Virus record (IMG/VR): IMGVR_UViG_3300018080_001739
Span: 1-37,131 of that record
DNA: 37,131 nt
Origin: a virus
Taxonomy: Duplodnaviria; Caudoviricetes
Strand: one strand, 5' to 3'
Shown: positions 26,366-36,105 of the stretch, in pieces
Layout: each line of letters begins with the position of its first letter
Position numbering within the stretch: the first letter of the stretch is position 1
Position numbers and translations under genes: made by a program
Notes under the pieces: generated by a model
The model's database searches: none
What the model saw: the letters and a program-made list of their open reading frames with translations, nothing else
What the model was told of the DNA's origin: nothing

Positions 26366-28894
26366 ATGGCAACATTACCAACAATATATAATGCTCCAAA
26401 ATTGGATTATAGTCAGTTCACGCAGACGGGACAGACACCTTTTATAAATCCATGGGAGAAAGCGACAAGTCAAGAAGAGGCGGCCGCTAATATCCAGCGT
26501 CTTATGGGCGAAGGATATGGTGTTAAAAGTTATAAGGATATTGCGTTTGCAGATGGCGGTATAAGACCTGAATATAAGGGACTGGCAGAACAGTTTGGCG
26601 GTCAGATTCCCGATATTTTAATTAACCCACAGTATCAGCAGTTTACCGAATGGAGTAAAAATCTTTTTCCTTCACTTAATCCGGAGCAACTATGGATGCA
26701 AGGAACTCCGGAAATCCAGTTAAATGTGGAGACCCTGCAACGACAAATGGCGGACAATCAAAGGCGCTATCAGGAAGCAATGAATTATTTGTCTCAAACA
26801 GCAGAGCCTGGTACTCCACAATATCAGGAAGGATTAGAGAGAGCGCAAAGATTTGCAGATGCGTATAACCAGCAGGCACAGCAAATTGCAGGATTTACAG
26901 GGCAACAGTTGCAGATGCAAGGCGCACCGGGATTTCAAGATGTATCTGGGATGCCTGGCGGAACGCTTACGGAGGCTCAAGGATTAACTCCTCAACAACC
27001 AGTAGATGTGGAGGCATGGAGGCAAGCACAGGGACAACCGACAACGGAGCAAATGCAGGCGCCGGGATATGTTCCACCAGAAGCTGGTACTCCGACACCG
27101 GGGCCAACACAGGTAAGTCTGACAGGCGCCCCTTTAGGCGAAGTTCCTCCAGTTCAGCCCGAACTCGGAGAATGGATTAGAGACCCAGCACAGTTAGCAC
27201 TTTATAGGGAAGAAGAGCTGATAAGAACTCCTGACGGTAGAATTTTCCTTAAACCCGACGTAGAGCCAAGACACGCAGGAGCAACAGGAACACCGATTGC
27301 GGGCGCACCGGGAACCCCTCCGGGAACACTTGGGACTAAAGTACCTAGCCCTGAATATTTGAAATATTATACTGAAAATGAGATTACAAGAGATCCGAAT
27401 ACTGGTGAGATTTTTCTAAAGCCTGGTGTTGAGGTTAGATGGGGCGGAGGACAGGCCGGAGCGACAGGTCTACCGTCAGATGAAAAGCCTACACTTGCGG
27501 TTGATGACCTGACACAGTTTGAGCTTGGCCTGCAGGGAATGCCGAATCTTGCAGAGGGAACCCCTTACGGCGACCTTATGGGAGATTATGCACAGGCAAT
27601 GGCCGAGTTACAACGACCAATTACTGAAATACAAAATTCAATTCTTAATACTTTAATGAACCAGCCGAGTAGCGCCGAAACTTTAAAACAGCTAAAAGAG
27701 ACATACGGCGTGAATACTTTAAACGAGGAACTTGCACGGCTTGCAAAAGCGGCCGCTCCTCTTGAAGAGGCTTTGGAAAAGTTACCACAAGATATTTCTG
27801 AACGATATAAGGATGTGGGTATTAGTGAAGCACATCAGAGACGCCGACTTGCAGTTGAGGCAAAACCTCTTACCGAAAGTATCAACCAAATAACAAAGGC
27901 TAGGAATTTAACAGTAGACCAACTTAAGACGCAGCAGACTGAAGTACAGGATATGTTTAATGCCATTATGGACGACCAGACTAAAGAGAACGGTATCCTA
28001 ATGCAAAATCTTGAATTTGCTCAAGGGAATACCGACCTCCAAAAAAGTATCTTAGACCAGCAGATGAATGTTGCAATGGCACAGATTGAAGCAGAGATTA
28101 CCGCCCAACAGCCCGATATAACTACTAAGCAATTTACCGATGAAAATGGTAACGTTGTTATGGTAGGTATTGATAAGAAGACCGGTCGTGAGGAATGGCG
28201 ACAAGACTTAGGAAATATCGGTAAAGCAACAGAATGGGCTAGTAATTGGACAAATTCCGGTGGAATTACCAAAGAAAATCTGGGAGGATTGGATGGAGTG
28301 TTTGATAATTTCCTTGGTAAAGGACGTTGGGGAGGCCAATGTGCTTGGTTCATCCATCAAGTAACGGACGTAGAGAATATTGGTGATAGTTGGGAATCAA
28401 AACAAAGTCATATAGACTTTACTGACCCCAATCAGGCCTCTATTGGAGATGCAATGGTATTCCCAACACGTGGGCCTTATGGACATGCAACAGTGGTTTT
28501 AGGTTATGATCCTGCAACTGACATTATTACGACGGTTGAAAGTAACTGGAACGAGGATGAACAGATTACTGTCCAGCAAAGAAAATATAGTGAAATCCAA
28601 GGCGCTGGGTTTGTAAATGGTACGATGGGAGCGACTATGCAGGGTATGGTTGCACCCTATCTTGAAGCAGGTGAAGATGAAGTAACGGATAAAGATTTGA
28701 TTGGTCGTGATGTAAATGCCCTACTTTCACAACATATGGGAGCTGATGGATATGTAGATACCGATAAATATAGACAAATCCGTGATTCAGTAAGGACGAA
28801 TGCACCCGAACTTTTAAGCTGGTTTGATAAAACATACCCGGCAGAAGAATATTTAAATCCTCAAGATGAGACAGCCGGAGCATTACTTTATTAG
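26366..28894 (+). CDS. Internal virion (ejection) protein with CHAP peptidoglycan hydrolase domain
   Basis: Q/P/G-rich and coiled-coil regions; GGQCAWF, YGHATVV, VESNW. Confidence 0.75.
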   Translation: MATLPTIYNAPKLDYSQFTQTGQTPFINPWEKATSQEEAAANIQRLMGEGYGVKSYKDIAFADGGIRPEYKGLAEQFGGQIPDILINPQYQQFTEWSKNLFPSLNPEQLWMQGTPEIQLNVETLQRQMADNQRRYQEAMNYLSQTAEPGTPQYQEGLERAQRFADAYNQQAQQIAGFTGQQLQMQGAPGFQDVSGMPGGTLTEAQGLTPQQPVDVEAWRQAQGQPTTEQMQAPGYVPPEAGTPTPGPTQVSLTGAPLGEVPPVQPELGEWIRDPAQLALYREEELIRTPDGRIFLKPDVEPRHAGATGTPIAGAPGTPPGTLGTKVPSPEYLKYYTENEITRDPNTGEIFLKPGVEVRWGGGQAGATGLPSDEKPTLAVDDLTQFELGLQGMPNLAEGTPYGDLMGDYAQAMAELQRPITEIQNSILNTLMNQPSSAETLKQLKETYGVNTLNEELARLAKAAAPLEEALEKLPQDISERYKDVGISEAHQRRRLAVEAKPLTESINQITKARNLTVDQLKTQQTEVQDMFNAIMDDQTKENGILMQNLEFAQGNTDLQKSILDQQMNVAMAQIEAEITAQQPDITTKQFTDENGNVVMVGIDKKTGREEWRQDLGNIGKATEWASNWTNSGGITKENLGGLDGVFDNFLGKGRWGGQCAWFIHQVTDVENIGDSWESKQSHIDFTDPNQASIGDAMVFPTRGPYGHATVVLGYDPATDIITTVESNWNEDEQITVQQRKYSEIQGAGFVNGTMGATMQGMVAPYLEAGEDEVTDKDLIGRDVNALLSQHMGADGYVDTDKYRQIRDSVRTNAPELLSWFDKTYPAEEYLNPQDETAGALLY

Positions 28895-28896
28895 TT

Positions 28897-31248
28897 ATGG
28901 CATATAAACCTGTTATCGGAAGGACGCCAGTAACTGCACCCACAACACGATACAAGCCTGTTATTACTGGAGTACCGTCTATAGAAAAAACTACGCCTAC
29001 GCAAAAACCTGCGGAATCATCAGGATTTCTTGGGTTTTTTAAAAAGCATAAAACTCCATATTCTTTTTTAAAAAGTGTGTTTACACCAAAAGAAGAAGAA
29101 AAAGATTTTGCACCAAGCGTAGGAGAATTTGCCAAAAGAACTGCCACTAATTTTGCTTCAATGGGGGTAGATGCTGTTAATTATGTATCTGATTATATTG
29201 GTAGAAAACCAGAAAGAGCATTGGGAACATTGCAGGCGATCACAAAACCAGGTTTAATGGGAGCTAATTTATTACAACAGAAATTGCAAGGCTACACACC
29301 AGGAGAAGAAAAACTTTTTAAAGAATGGAGCAATACTTATAAGGAATTGGAGCAAAGAGGTGTAATGCCTCAAGAAAAAGTTAAAGAATATACAGATAGT
29401 TTGTTGGAGCGAGATTATATGGCAAATCGACCTGAATGGGAAAATGCACCTTTATCACAAAAGATGACTAAATATCTCCCCGAAACACTTTATAATCTCG
29501 GCCCTAGTGTTGTGGCTTCAATTGGATGGTATGCGATAAATCCTAGTGTTGGTATGGGCGTTATAGCCGGTTCTACTGCTGAAGATGTTGAAAGTACTGC
29601 TGTTGAATATGGCGTGGAACCAGAAAAAGCTCAAAATTTAGGATTAATTACGGGAGTACTTGTGTCTGCGTTAGATAGAATCGTACCATCTAAAACTTTA
29701 TCCGGAGAAGTGAAAAAAAAGTTTGTAGGTGGGTTAGCTAAAAGACTTGCAAAAAGCGGAGTTATAGAATCAGGGACTGAAAGTTTACAAGAAATAATAC
29801 AGACAGCCGCCGAGGCGACATTTAGAGATGATTTGGGGTTTGACGAACTTTCAACTCGTTTGGCAATGTCAGCATTAGGTGGTCTCATTGGCGGTACAGG
29901 AATGGAAACTATCGGTAATTTTGCAACAGCACTTCGATCGAAAGGAATTAGTAGGGATGATATGACGAAGATTGAGGAAATACCTACGGCTATTCCAGCA
30001 CGTCCTATAGAAAAACGTACTACCGTGCCTTCTGTAGTACAGAAACTTGTTGCTCCTACTGATAAAATAGCACCTACCCCGAAACCTGTAGCGAAAGTTG
30101 AACCCCTCTTGGAAGAAGCAAGGAAGTATAAAAGTGCTGATGAGTTTGTAGAGGCACAAATACCCGTTTATCACGGAAGCCCTACCCCTTTAAAAAGTTT
30201 TGCAGATAAGAAAGGCGGAGTATACTTTACTGACGAATATGCTGATGCAACTGGGTTTGCAGGTTCTCCTGACAATGTATATGAGGGATACTTGGATTTT
30301 AAAAAACCATTAGTGATTGATGCTAAGGGTGCGAAATGGAATGAGTTAAACACTAAATATGGCGAATCTACACAAGAAGTAGTAAACAATGCTCAAAAAG
30401 AGGGGTATGATGGGGTTATTTTTAAGAATATTATAGATAATATAGGGGATACCGCTGATTGGGGTGGACAAAGTACTATATATCATGCCTATAAGCCCCA
30501 AAGTTCATTTATAAATGAATCCCAGCTCAAGGACATTTACCAACAAGCTCGTGAAGGATTAGATATAGCTTTGAAACAGAAGAAACTTGAAAAAGCTATT
30601 ACGCCTAAACCAAAAAAAGTGGAGCCAGTAAAGGTTCCAAAGGTAATTACTGCAGTTACAGGGGTGAAAGAAGTAGAACCTAAAAAAGTTATTAAGAAAA
30701 AACCTAAGGAAAAGCCGAAAAAGAAAGCTGGGTTAGCTGAAACAATTGAATCTAAGGCTATTGAGAAAAATTTGACTGAAGGATTTAAGGAAGTGGCCGA
30801 ATATAGTCCAGCCGTTATTAAGGAGCAATCAAAAAGAATATCTAAAATAATTGACGAGGATGTTGAGCGAGCCAAACGAATGGTACGAGGAGAAGAAAGG
30901 TTACCAGATGATATTAAAGGAGCATTGCTTGTCGCAACAATGTCAAATTACGCAATGGAAACACAAGACGGTCAATTATTAGCCGATATTGCAAACTCAT
31001 CACTTGTTACAGAGGTTAGCGAAGCAGGCCAAACATTACGTCTTGTAAGAGAAATGTATAAGGATTCGGCATTTACTAAAATACAAGAAATTAAAAAGGA
31101 ACGTGAAAAAGCAGTTAAAAAGGCTTTAAAAAGAAAAACACCTACAGATATTAAAGGTGAAATTAAAAATGATTTGAAGCAGAAAGTTAAAAAAGCTAAA
31201 CCAAAGAAAAAAGACTGGTCTGCCTTCATTGATGAAATAACTTGTTAA
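28897..31248 (+). CDS. Large ejection/polyvalent protein with ADP-ribosyltransferase-like (ART-PolyVal) domain
   Basis: ESGTESLQE helical region; VYHGS, GVYFT, YLDFKKPL, GYDGVIF. Confidence 0.7.
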   Translation: MAYKPVIGRTPVTAPTTRYKPVITGVPSIEKTTPTQKPAESSGFLGFFKKHKTPYSFLKSVFTPKEEEKDFAPSVGEFAKRTATNFASMGVDAVNYVSDYIGRKPERALGTLQAITKPGLMGANLLQQKLQGYTPGEEKLFKEWSNTYKELEQRGVMPQEKVKEYTDSLLERDYMANRPEWENAPLSQKMTKYLPETLYNLGPSVVASIGWYAINPSVGMGVIAGSTAEDVESTAVEYGVEPEKAQNLGLITGVLVSALDRIVPSKTLSGEVKKKFVGGLAKRLAKSGVIESGTESLQEIIQTAAEATFRDDLGFDELSTRLAMSALGGLIGGTGMETIGNFATALRSKGISRDDMTKIEEIPTAIPARPIEKRTTVPSVVQKLVAPTDKIAPTPKPVAKVEPLLEEARKYKSADEFVEAQIPVYHGSPTPLKSFADKKGGVYFTDEYADATGFAGSPDNVYEGYLDFKKPLVIDAKGAKWNELNTKYGESTQEVVNNAQKEGYDGVIFKNIIDNIGDTADWGGQSTIYHAYKPQSSFINESQLKDIYQQAREGLDIALKQKKLEKAITPKPKKVEPVKVPKVITAVTGVKEVEPKKVIKKKPKEKPKKKAGLAETIESKAIEKNLTEGFKEVAEYSPAVIKEQSKRISKIIDEDVERAKRMVRGEERLPDDIKGALLVATMSNYAMETQDGQLLADIANSSLVTEVSEAGQTLRLVREMYKDSAFTKIQEIKKEREKAVKKALKRKTPTDIKGEIKNDLKQKVKKAKPKKKDWSAFIDEITC

Positions 31249-31249
31249 T

Positions 31250-33256
31250 ATGTTTTGTTTACCCCCTCAAGAAGCTGAAAAATTAAAAAAAGCGTTTAAA
31301 GACGGGAAAATCTCGCCAGATAAATTAGTTGAGATGACTTCGACTGAACGGCGTGAGCTTTTTGATAAATATCTTAGTGCTGAAAGTGCAAAAGAAGTGA
31401 ATTTATTATTTGAAAAAAAGCTACTGTTAGTTAATCAAGAAAAAGCAATGTATGACTGGGCAAGAGAAGTAACAGGTCTTTCTAAGAATGAAAAGGAAGA
31501 GCTTAGTGAAAAAATACGAGCAAGATATGCAGTAAAGAAAGAACGTTTGTATAATCCGGCAAAAGATGAAGTGTTTTTAGGAGAATTGGCTAGTGATGTT
31601 TTTTCTCGTAAATATCGTACGGATGTTTCAACAGAAGAGGCACAGATAATTGCGGAGCTTGCTAACGATGCACAAAAAAAATTGGACATCGTGGAGGATA
31701 AATTAGTTGATGGTGAATGGGCAACAGAACGTGATAGATTAAAATATGGTATTGATTACGGATCGGCGAAAGTGGCTTTGGATAATTATGTAGGACACTT
31801 AAAACGGGAGGCCAACAAGGAATATTTAGTAAATCCTCTTAATGAAAAGACGGTACAAAAAAAAGCCTTAGCTGTTCTAAAAGATGCCCGTATTGCGTAT
31901 AATTTTATTGCTGATAATTCTCGTGCTATTGTTGCAGGTTTTTTTGATAATAGCTTTTTTGGGAGACAGGGCAGGCAAGCTCTTTCACGGCCAGCTACAA
32001 GTAGGGCATGGCTACGTAATTTTGCACAATCTCTTATGGATATGTATAGTGTTTTAAGATATGGACAAGCTACGGGGGACGCTATACAAGACGGAATAAA
32101 GGCTGAAATTTATTCAAGAACAAATTTTTTAAATGGTAATTATGAACGGGGTAAAAAGGTGGATATTGGAACAGGTGAAGAAGAGTTTCCAACATCTCTC
32201 CCTGCAAAAATTCCTTATTTGGGACGGCTTTTTAAATCATCCGAGGTAGCCTATGAGGGTGGAGCGATGAGATTAAGAGCAGACATAGCTGATGCAATGT
32301 ATACAATGGCTGAAAAGCAAGGGCTTGATTTAAACGATAAGGAAGAAATTAAAGCTATAAATGACCTTGTAAATATAATGACCGGTCGAGGTAGTCTAGG
32401 AAGTTATGAGAATATAGGTAAGGAATTAAACAGAGTATTCTTTTCTGCAAAATTTGCAAAATCTCAAGTTGATAAATTGACAAGACCGGTTTTTGCTAAA
32501 ACACGGTTTGCTAAAAAACAAGCCGCCCTAAACCTCATAACTCAAATGGCGAGTGTTTTCTTAGTAATGGGGATGTTTGAGCTTTTATGGCCAGATAGCG
32601 TTGAGTGGGATCCTCGTAGTGCAGATTTTGGTAAATTAAAAATAGGCAATACAAGAATTGACCTAACAGGTGGAATTGCATCTTATATGACCTTAGCTGC
32701 AAGGATTATAAAACAATCAACTAAAAGTTCTACTACGGGGATTATTGCAGAACTTAACGATGGTTATGGCTCGCAAGATGGAATGGATTTGTTCTGGAAT
32801 TTTATTGAGAACAAAACATCGCCAATGGCGAGTGTTATTAAAGATTTAGTAAAACAGCAGACGTTTGAGGGGGATAAACCAACGCTTTTAAATGAATCTC
32901 GTAGTCTTTTAACTCCGATTTTGGCAGAAACAGTTTACGAGACTACTGAAATAGATGGTGCGGCTACGGCGTTGCTTGCCTTAATTGCAGAGGGTATGGG
33001 CTTTTCTGCGGGAACTTATACATATAGGGCTAATTGGAATGCGAGTACATCAAAAGAACTTACCGAATTTAAAGAAAGAGTGGGGCAAAAAACTTTCGAT
33101 AAAGCTAATAAGGAGTATAATAGTCTTGTTGCTGATAAAATTGAGGAATTAAAAAAGAACCCTAATTGGCAAAATCTTAGTGATGAAGATAAGCAGAAAG
33201 AGCTTACCAAGGAAAAACGTAAGATTAAGGATAGGGTTCTTTCTAAGTATCGTTAG
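31250..33256 (+). CDS. Large helical ejection-type virion protein
   Basis: 668 aa; MTGRG, DPRSADFGKLKIGNTRID, ENKTSP; last gene of the morphogenesis run. Confidence 0.65.
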   Translation: MFCLPPQEAEKLKKAFKDGKISPDKLVEMTSTERRELFDKYLSAESAKEVNLLFEKKLLLVNQEKAMYDWAREVTGLSKNEKEELSEKIRARYAVKKERLYNPAKDEVFLGELASDVFSRKYRTDVSTEEAQIIAELANDAQKKLDIVEDKLVDGEWATERDRLKYGIDYGSAKVALDNYVGHLKREANKEYLVNPLNEKTVQKKALAVLKDARIAYNFIADNSRAIVAGFFDNSFFGRQGRQALSRPATSRAWLRNFAQSLMDMYSVLRYGQATGDAIQDGIKAEIYSRTNFLNGNYERGKKVDIGTGEEEFPTSLPAKIPYLGRLFKSSEVAYEGGAMRLRADIADAMYTMAEKQGLDLNDKEEIKAINDLVNIMTGRGSLGSYENIGKELNRVFFSAKFAKSQVDKLTRPVFAKTRFAKKQAALNLITQMASVFLVMGMFELLWPDSVEWDPRSADFGKLKIGNTRIDLTGGIASYMTLAARIIKQSTKSSTTGIIAELNDGYGSQDGMDLFWNFIENKTSPMASVIKDLVKQQTFEGDKPTLLNESRSLLTPILAETVYETTEIDGAATALLALIAEGMGFSAGTYTYRANWNASTSKELTEFKERVGQKTFDKANKEYNSLVADKIEELKKNPNWQNLSDEDKQKELTKEKRKIKDRVLSKYR

Positions 33257-33354
33257 AAAAGGGTAGCGAGTACCCATAAAATGAAGAAGCCGACTAACCC
33301 GACTTTCCATCCTAACTCTACTTCTTTACGATGATTTCTATTTGGTGCTGACAT
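33253..33354 (-). CDS. 33-aa single-TM peptide, the only credible minus-strand gene
   Basis: MSAPNRNHRKEVELGWKVGLVGFFILWVLATLF, with its own promoter. Confidence 0.6.
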   Translation of the reverse strand: MSAPNRNHRKEVELGWKVGLVGFFILWVLATLF

Positions 33355-33378
33355 ATTATATTTTAATAGTAACACAGT

Positions 33379-33407
33379 AATATACCACAATATGAGATTT
33401 TTGTCAA
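33379..33407 (-). promoter_or_regulatory. Sigma70 promoter for the minus-strand peptide
   Basis: Reverse complement reads TTGACA, 17 bp, TATATT with TG extension. Confidence 0.75.
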
Positions 33408-33516
33408 GAGTGCATAATAATATCCTTAATCGTATTGAACCCTTTGACCCTGATGAACTTAGGGGAGGGGTTACCATAATTCAACTTACTACAACCGTAG
33501 GAATAATAATTTGGTT

Positions 33517-33756
33517 ATGTCTGAAAATCTTATAGCACGGCTTGAAAAAGAGCTAGATGAAATAAAAAATAATGATCTTCATCATATCAAGGAAGATATA
33601 GTGGGATTAAGTGAAGAATTTAGCACCCATAAGAATGATTTCGTAGAATTAAAAACAGATGTACGCTGGTTGAAGAAGACTTATTGGGTAGTAGCTAGTG
33701 CTTCAATAGGAGCTTTCATAGCTGCCATTTTCAATATAATTAAAAATGCCCATTAA
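33517..33756 (+). CDS. XhlA-like coiled-coil plus C-terminal TM protein (holin-like)
   Basis: Heptad coiled coil, LKTDVRWLKK, then a hydrophobic helix. Confidence 0.55.
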   Translation: MSENLIARLEKELDEIKNNDLHHIKEDIVGLSEEFSTHKNDFVELKTDVRWLKKTYWVVASASIGAFIAAIFNIIKNAH

Positions 33757-33898
33757 TACTCCGGAAGATGCGGATGCCGTCCTGAAGTATTGCTTGAGAA
33801 AATTATGGATACTTGTTAAAGTGTTAATATACATAACACTTATTGTTTGGTTAATTCATAATGTTGGTGAGTTCTTTCTCATAAAGGAGGTAATGTAG
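33746..33898 (+). CDS. Small membrane protein, 50 aa (not in ORF track)
   Basis: MPINTPED...LWILVKVLIYITLIVWLIH...; overlaps both neighbours. Confidence 0.5.
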   Translation: MPINTPEDADAVLKYCLRKLWILVKVLIYITLIVWLIHNVGEFFLIKEVM

Positions 33899-34143
33899 TG
33901 GAACAGATGACTAACTGTGTTTGTTGTAGATGGTACGTGGACTGCGTAATGATTATGAACGATACTTGGATGTATGATGATACTTGCTCACGGCTTAAGA
34001 TAGGGGACGAGGAATGCATCAAAGCCAACATTCAATTTTGGCGATACCTCCGAGATAATATGAAGCCTCTTGTACAGTCTGATGAAGTGCAAGAAAAGTT
34101 ACCTCTTCTGATGCTCTTTAAACAATTTACACCTTATTATTGA
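33898..34143 (+). CDS. Small Cys-rich protein (CxxC-x5-C-x13-C)
   Basis: AAGGAGG SD before GTG; terminator follows. Confidence 0.65.
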   Translation: MEQMTNCVCCRWYVDCVMIMNDTWMYDDTCSRLKIGDEECIKANIQFWRYLRDNMKPLVQSDEVQEKLPLLMLFKQFTPYY

Positions 34144-34166
34144 CACCTTTTGGGGTGTCTTTTTTT
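34142..34166 (+). terminator. Rho-independent terminator at the end of the late operon
   Basis: GACACCT-TTTG-GGGTGTC followed by T7. Confidence 0.8.
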
Positions 34167-34192
34167 GGCTAAAATAAGGTAAATTTTGGAAG

Positions 34193-34238
34193 TTATCAAC
34201 AACGAGTGCTTGACAAAATTCTAGGGGGGGTGTAAAAT
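34193..34238 (+). promoter_or_regulatory. Early promoter with an upstream DnaA-box-like motif
   Basis: TTATCAACA (34193-34201); TTGACA (34210-34215), 17 bp, TAAAAT (34233-34238). Confidence 0.75.
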
Positions 34239-34263
34239 TATAGAGAGGGTATAAAAAATAATT

Positions 34264-34425
34264 ATGAACAAAGTACAAAAACTAAACAAGGTAATGAATA
34301 AAGCAATGGCTGACTTTAATAAGCAGTCAATTATCGAATTAAAAAAAGCTGGTAAGTCTGTTAAAGAAATAGCAATAAGCATGGATATTTCTGAAAGTCG
34401 GGTTTACCAGCTTCTTAAAAAATAA
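34264..34425 (+). CDS. Small helix-turn-helix regulator, 53 aa (not in ORF track)
   Basis: GKSVKEIAISMDISESRVYQLL; first gene after the early promoter. Confidence 0.75.
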   Translation: MNKVQKLNKVMNKAMADFNKQSIIELKKAGKSVKEIAISMDISESRVYQLLKK

Positions 34426-34426
34426 T

Positions 34427-34618
34427 ATGAAAAATTTCAGTGAATTCATAGATGGCATTATCGCTTTTGGACGCAAGCATAAAAACTGCCCGCTCTGTAC
34501 AGAACATTATCACTGCCAAGCGTGTGATGCCGAGATAGCCGGAGGGATTGAGGTAGCACCATACGAATATGTGTGTGATGAGGAGTGTTTAGATAAATAT
34601 TCACTAAGTATGAAATAA
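34427..34618 (+). CDS. Small Cys-rich hypothetical protein
   Basis: CPLC, CQAC, CDEEC. Confidence 0.55.
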   Translation: MKNFSEFIDGIIAFGRKHKNCPLCTEHYHCQACDAEIAGGIEVAPYEYVCDEECLDKYSLSMK

Positions 34619-34619
34619 T

Positions 34620-34811
34620 ATGCCAGTAAGTACACAACTTGGGACTTTGAGCGATGTACTTAGGAATGATGAACATACCAGTGAGCTTATGGAGGAGGTG
34701 AGTATTCAAAAGTTCTACGATATGACAGATAAGCAATACAAGTACATCTATCACCTCCTATTTAGTAAGCGATACATAACACTTAAAAAAGTATTAAATA
34801 ACTTTAAATAA
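34620..34811 (+). CDS. Hypothetical protein
   Basis: TAA-T-ATG packing with neighbours. Confidence 0.55.
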   Translation: MPVSTQLGTLSDVLRNDEHTSELMEEVSIQKFYDMTDKQYKYIYHLLFSKRYITLKKVLNNFK

Positions 34812-34812
34812 T

Positions 34813-35016
34813 ATGTTTGAAAAAACCCCCCACCATAAACAAATACTCAAGAAATTAAAGGAGGCCGAGAAAGCAAGTAAGTACTTAGTGATGATTTCTT
34901 ACCAAGATGAAGAATTACGATTACAGCATACTTATTGGGTGAATAATCTTGCTAAGGAAGACGTGCTAAAAAGCGTTGAAGAACAAAAGAAACTTTTACA
35001 AAATAATCATAAATAA
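34813..35016 (+). CDS. Hypothetical protein
   Basis: TAA-T-ATG packing with neighbours. Confidence 0.55.
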   Translation: MFEKTPHHKQILKKLKEAEKASKYLVMISYQDEELRLQHTYWVNNLAKEDVLKSVEEQKKLLQNNHK

Positions 35017-35017
35017 T

Positions 35018-35551
35018 ATGTTAGATAAATTAGACCTCAAAGCGAATATCGCAACAACTCTTACGATTGTTGAGATTAAACCTCAAGAAGGAGAGAGCCA
35101 ATACGGCACGTGGCATCGTTACAAAGTGCGTGAGGGCGACACAGAGTATTCTTGGTTTGCGAATGATTATTGCCATAATCAAATCCAATCTAAGGGGCTT
35201 TCAAACGGAGCTATTGTAACGGTAACTAAAAAAGAAGCTCCCGAGGGTAAGGGTTTCCTCTATGACATCTTTGCCGAGAACGAGACCAAGCGTCCCCTCA
35301 AGGAGCAAGAGTTTGCACAATCCCTAGACGATATGGATGCTAACTCAAAGGATATGGTGATCACACGCACGGCAATTCTAAAGTCAATGATTGAAGGAGG
35401 ACGCAAAGAGGCAACGGACGGTTTCTTTGATGACGCAGAAAAGTTTATCAATTTCTGCCTTACGGGGAAAAAGCCGATGAAGTATAAAGACCACCCTGAC
35501 TTTATGGAGCCAACAAGCGAAGACATCAAAGAAGCAGATAATCCATTTTAA
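35018..35551 (+). CDS. Putative single-stranded DNA-binding protein
   Basis: OB-fold-like beta N-terminus, acidic tail ending DNPF; start ATG 35018. Confidence 0.5.
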   Translation: MLDKLDLKANIATTLTIVEIKPQEGESQYGTWHRYKVREGDTEYSWFANDYCHNQIQSKGLSNGAIVTVTKKEAPEGKGFLYDIFAENETKRPLKEQEFAQSLDDMDANSKDMVITRTAILKSMIEGGRKEATDGFFDDAEKFINFCLTGKKPMKYKDHPDFMEPTSEDIKEADNPF

Positions 35552-35572
35552 AACAAAAACAAAAGGAGGAAT

Positions 35573-36076
35573 ATGCAACAAGTATTATTTATCTTACTTA
35601 TATCAATCTTTACTGCCTCAATCGGGATGTTCACGCCAGAAAGTGCTTACATCCAAACAGAAGAGGCAACTATGGGCGGGGATGTCCTCGATGAGGCGGT
35701 AGAGCTTACAGAAGAGCCTCAAACGCCCCAAGAGGCGTTGGAACACTTGGAGGGCTTAGATGTCGTAGAAAGGGTAAAAACGCCTCCGTCTATTGAGCAA
35801 ATAATACGAGTAGTGGCAGAACAGGAAAGCGTAAGTCCCAACCTATTAGTAAGGATAGCATGGTGTGAAAGTCGTTTTAACCCTAAAGCTATTGGGAAGG
35901 CTGATGCACGGGACAGGGGGCTTTATCAGTGGAATAGGTATTATCATCCTGAAGTTTCAGATAAATGTAGCTTTGATGTCTGGTGTTCTAGTAGAATGAC
36001 AGCTAGAGCTATACGTAATGGAAAATTGAATTGGTGGTGGAGTAGTTATAATTGTTGGAAGAACTATGCCTTATAA
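35573..36076 (+). CDS. Membrane-anchored or secreted lytic transglycosylase (SLT domain)
   Basis: Hydrophobic N-terminus; IAWCESRFNPKA, GLYQW; AAAGGAGG SD. Confidence 0.8.
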   Translation: MQQVLFILLISIFTASIGMFTPESAYIQTEEATMGGDVLDEAVELTEEPQTPQEALEHLEGLDVVERVKTPPSIEQIIRVVAEQESVSPNLLVRIAWCESRFNPKAIGKADARDRGLYQWNRYYHPEVSDKCSFDVWCSSRMTARAIRNGKLNWWWSSYNCWKNYAL

Positions 36077-36105
36077 AATATACCCTGAAGCAAAATTTAA
36101 AAAGT
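36017..36105. repeat. 89-bp direct repeat, copy 2
   Basis: Identical to 1-89. Confidence 0.95.

Noticed and set aside
429-33210. Numerous minus-strand ORFs in the supplied track
   Set aside because: They lie opposite well-supported plus-strand genes and show no recognisable motifs.
33438-33500. Hammerhead ribozyme suggested by CTGATGA
   Set aside because: No GAAA after a stem II; the motif lies in a simple hairpin.
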